A DNA stretch of 64,000 nt. Origin: an uncultured Fimbriimonadaceae bacterium. GTDB lineage: Bacteria; Armatimonadota; Fimbriimonadia; Fimbriimonadales; Fimbriimonadaceae. Under the pieces are notes generated by a model. The model was not told where the DNA came from. It ran no database searches and worked only from the letters and a program-made list of their open reading frames with translations. Both the position numbers and the translations under genes were made by a program. The stretch lies in NCBI GenBank assembly GCA_964451255.1, contig CAYVHL010000001.1, forward strand, positions 1,161,252 to 1,225,251. The letters are read 5' to 3'. Of this stretch, positions 62,666 to 64,000 are shown piece after piece; positions within the stretch are counted from its first letter, which is position 1, and each line of letters opens with the position of its first letter.

Positions 62666-64000
62666 ATGGACCAACAATACAGACTGCAAGACCAGTTCAA
62701 CCGACGGACGTTTCTGAAGCGGACGAGCGGTTTGGGGCTCGCCGCCCTCGTGGGCATCCTGGGCGACGAAGGTTTCGCGTCCGTTTTGCCTGGTTCGGGC
62801 CCCGACGACCTGAAGCGTGTCGGCGGCTTGCCAGAGTTCCCGAACTTCGCGCCCAAGGCCAAGCGGGTCATCTATCTCTTCCAGAGCGGCGCGCCGAGCC
62901 AGATGGAGCTCTTCGACCCCAAACCGCATTTGGCGGACAAGCGGATGGAAGAGTTGCCTGCCTCCGTGCGGATGGGCCAGCGCCTCACCGGCATGACCAG
63001 CGGTCAGAAGTCGTTCCCGGTCGCGCCAAGCATCTACAAGTTCCAGAAGCACGGCCAGTGCGGCATGGAGCTCAGCGAACTCTTGCCCAACCTCGGCGGC
63101 ATGGCCGATGAGCTCTGCTTGGTCCGGTCGATGTTCACCGACGCGATCAACCATGACCCGGCCGTCACGTTCTGCCAGTCGGGGTTCCAACTGGCGGGAA
63201 GGCCGAGCATCGGGGCTTGGCTGACCTACGGCCTTGGCACGATGAACGCGGACCTGCCCTCCTACGTCGTCCTCACCAGCATCGGCAGCGGGCGCAAGGA
63301 CGACCAGCCGCTCTACGACCGGCTGTGGGGTTCTGGGTTCTTGCCCACCAAGTACCAAGGCGTCAAGTTCCGGAACACCGGCGACCCTGTCCTCTTCATC
63401 TCCGACCCGCACGGCATCGACCGGGAAACCAGGCGGGAGATGCTCGACGAACTGATGGGCTTGAACAAGATCCGCCGCGCGGCGACGGGCGACCCGGAGA
63501 TCGACACCCGCATCTCCCAATACGAGCTCGCGTTCCGCATGCAGACTTCGGTGCCGGAACTGCTGGACATCAAATCGGAGCCAGCCAGCATCCTAGAGAT
63601 GTACGGTAAGGACGTCGAACGCAAAGGGTCGTTCGCATACAACTGCCTGCTCGCCCGTCGTATGGCGGAACGGGGCGTGCGGTTCGTCCAACTCTTCCAT
63701 ATGGGTTGGGACCACCACTTCAACCTGCCCATGGCGATCAAGGGCCAGGCGGAGGATATCGACCAGCCTTCGGCGGCCCTCCTCAAAGACCTGAAGCAGC
63801 GCGGCATGCTCGACGACACTTTGGTCGTCTGGGGCGGCGAGTTCGGGCGGACGGTGTATTCCCAGGGCGAACTGACGGCGACGAACTACGGCCGTGACCA
63901 CCATCCGCGCTGTTTCTCCGTATGGATGGCGGGCGGCGGGGTCAAGCAGGGCTTGACGTACGGGACGACCGACGACTATAGCTACAACATCACCGAGAAC
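62666..64000 (+). CDS. DUF1501 domain protein (sulfatase-like, Tat signal), partial at window end
   Basis: Absent from the ORF track because it runs off the edge. From the ATG at 62666 it reads MDQQYRLQDQFNRRTFLKRTSGLGLAAL...KRVIYLFQSGAPSQMELFDPKP...VVWGGEFGRT. It is open to nt 64000 (445 codons) and is the usual partner of the upstream PSD1 gene. Confidence 0.9.
   Translation, partial: MDQQYRLQDQFNRRTFLKRTSGLGLAALVGILGDEGFASVLPGSGPDDLKRVGGLPEFPNFAPKAKRVIYLFQSGAPSQMELFDPKPHLADKRMEELPASVRMGQRLTGMTSGQKSFPVAPSIYKFQKHGQCGMELSELLPNLGGMADELCLVRSMFTDAINHDPAVTFCQSGFQLAGRPSIGAWLTYGLGTMNADLPSYVVLTSIGSGRKDDQPLYDRLWGSGFLPTKYQGVKFRNTGDPVLFISDPHGIDRETRREMLDELMGLNKIRRAATGDPEIDTRISQYELAFRMQTSVPELLDIKSEPASILEMYGKDVERKGSFAYNCLLARRMAERGVRFVQLFHMGWDHHFNLPMAIKGQAEDIDQPSAALLKDLKQRGMLDDTLVVWGGEFGRTVYSQGELTATNYGRDHHPRCFSVWMAGGGVKQGLTYGTTDDYSYNITEN

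Noticed and set aside
1-64000. CRISPR arrays, transposases, integrases, prophage or defence-island content
   Set aside because: I saw no regularly spaced direct repeats and no ORF with transposase, integrase, restriction or Cas motifs. Gene content is housekeeping plus envelope functions, with uniform GC apart from a few intergenic spacers.

Overview
High-GC (about 60%), densely packed and mostly housekeeping chromosomal segment with about 55 CDS. Many genes are joined by 4-nt ATGA/GTGA stop-start overlaps. The host is an LPS-bearing diderm, shown by tamB-bamA-skp-lpxD-lpxC. PEP-CTERM proteins, a DUF1559-like pilin-type protein, and DUF1592/DUF1552 and PSD1(DUF1549/DUF1553)/DUF1501 gene pairs suggest an Armatimonadota- or PVC-like lineage (inference only). 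Recognisable core genes are recF, comEC, valS, cdsA, recA-recX-rny-ymdB, priA, lipA, glyS, yceD-plsX-fabH, pheA and cdaA-cdaR. Two loci stand out. (1) 41974-44360 holds a compact Dop-like enzyme, a 60-aa UBact-type (Pup-like) modifier ending in RSGQ, and a proteasome beta subunit, with no adjacent ATPase, alpha subunit or ligase. (2) 52792-54363 encodes a Ro60 orthologue (rsr, TROVE+vWA). It is preceded by an unusually long (about 780 nt) non-coding spacer containing a circularly permuted tRNA-like module (T arm before D arm, closed acceptor stem) that continues into bulged helices, the architecture of YrlA-class bacterial Y RNAs. Secondary oddities: a ComEC gene split between two reading frames; an RNase Y lacking its N-terminal anchor; a solute-binding-protein/permease fusion with no partner genes; a GYF-domain/pilin-like chimera; a DnaA-box-like cluster upstream of recF; and a 20-bp perfect palindrome between cdsA and valS. 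I recognised no rRNA, canonical tRNA, CRISPR array, transposase, integrase or obvious defence island. Product calls rest on motif recognition by eye, not on database searches.
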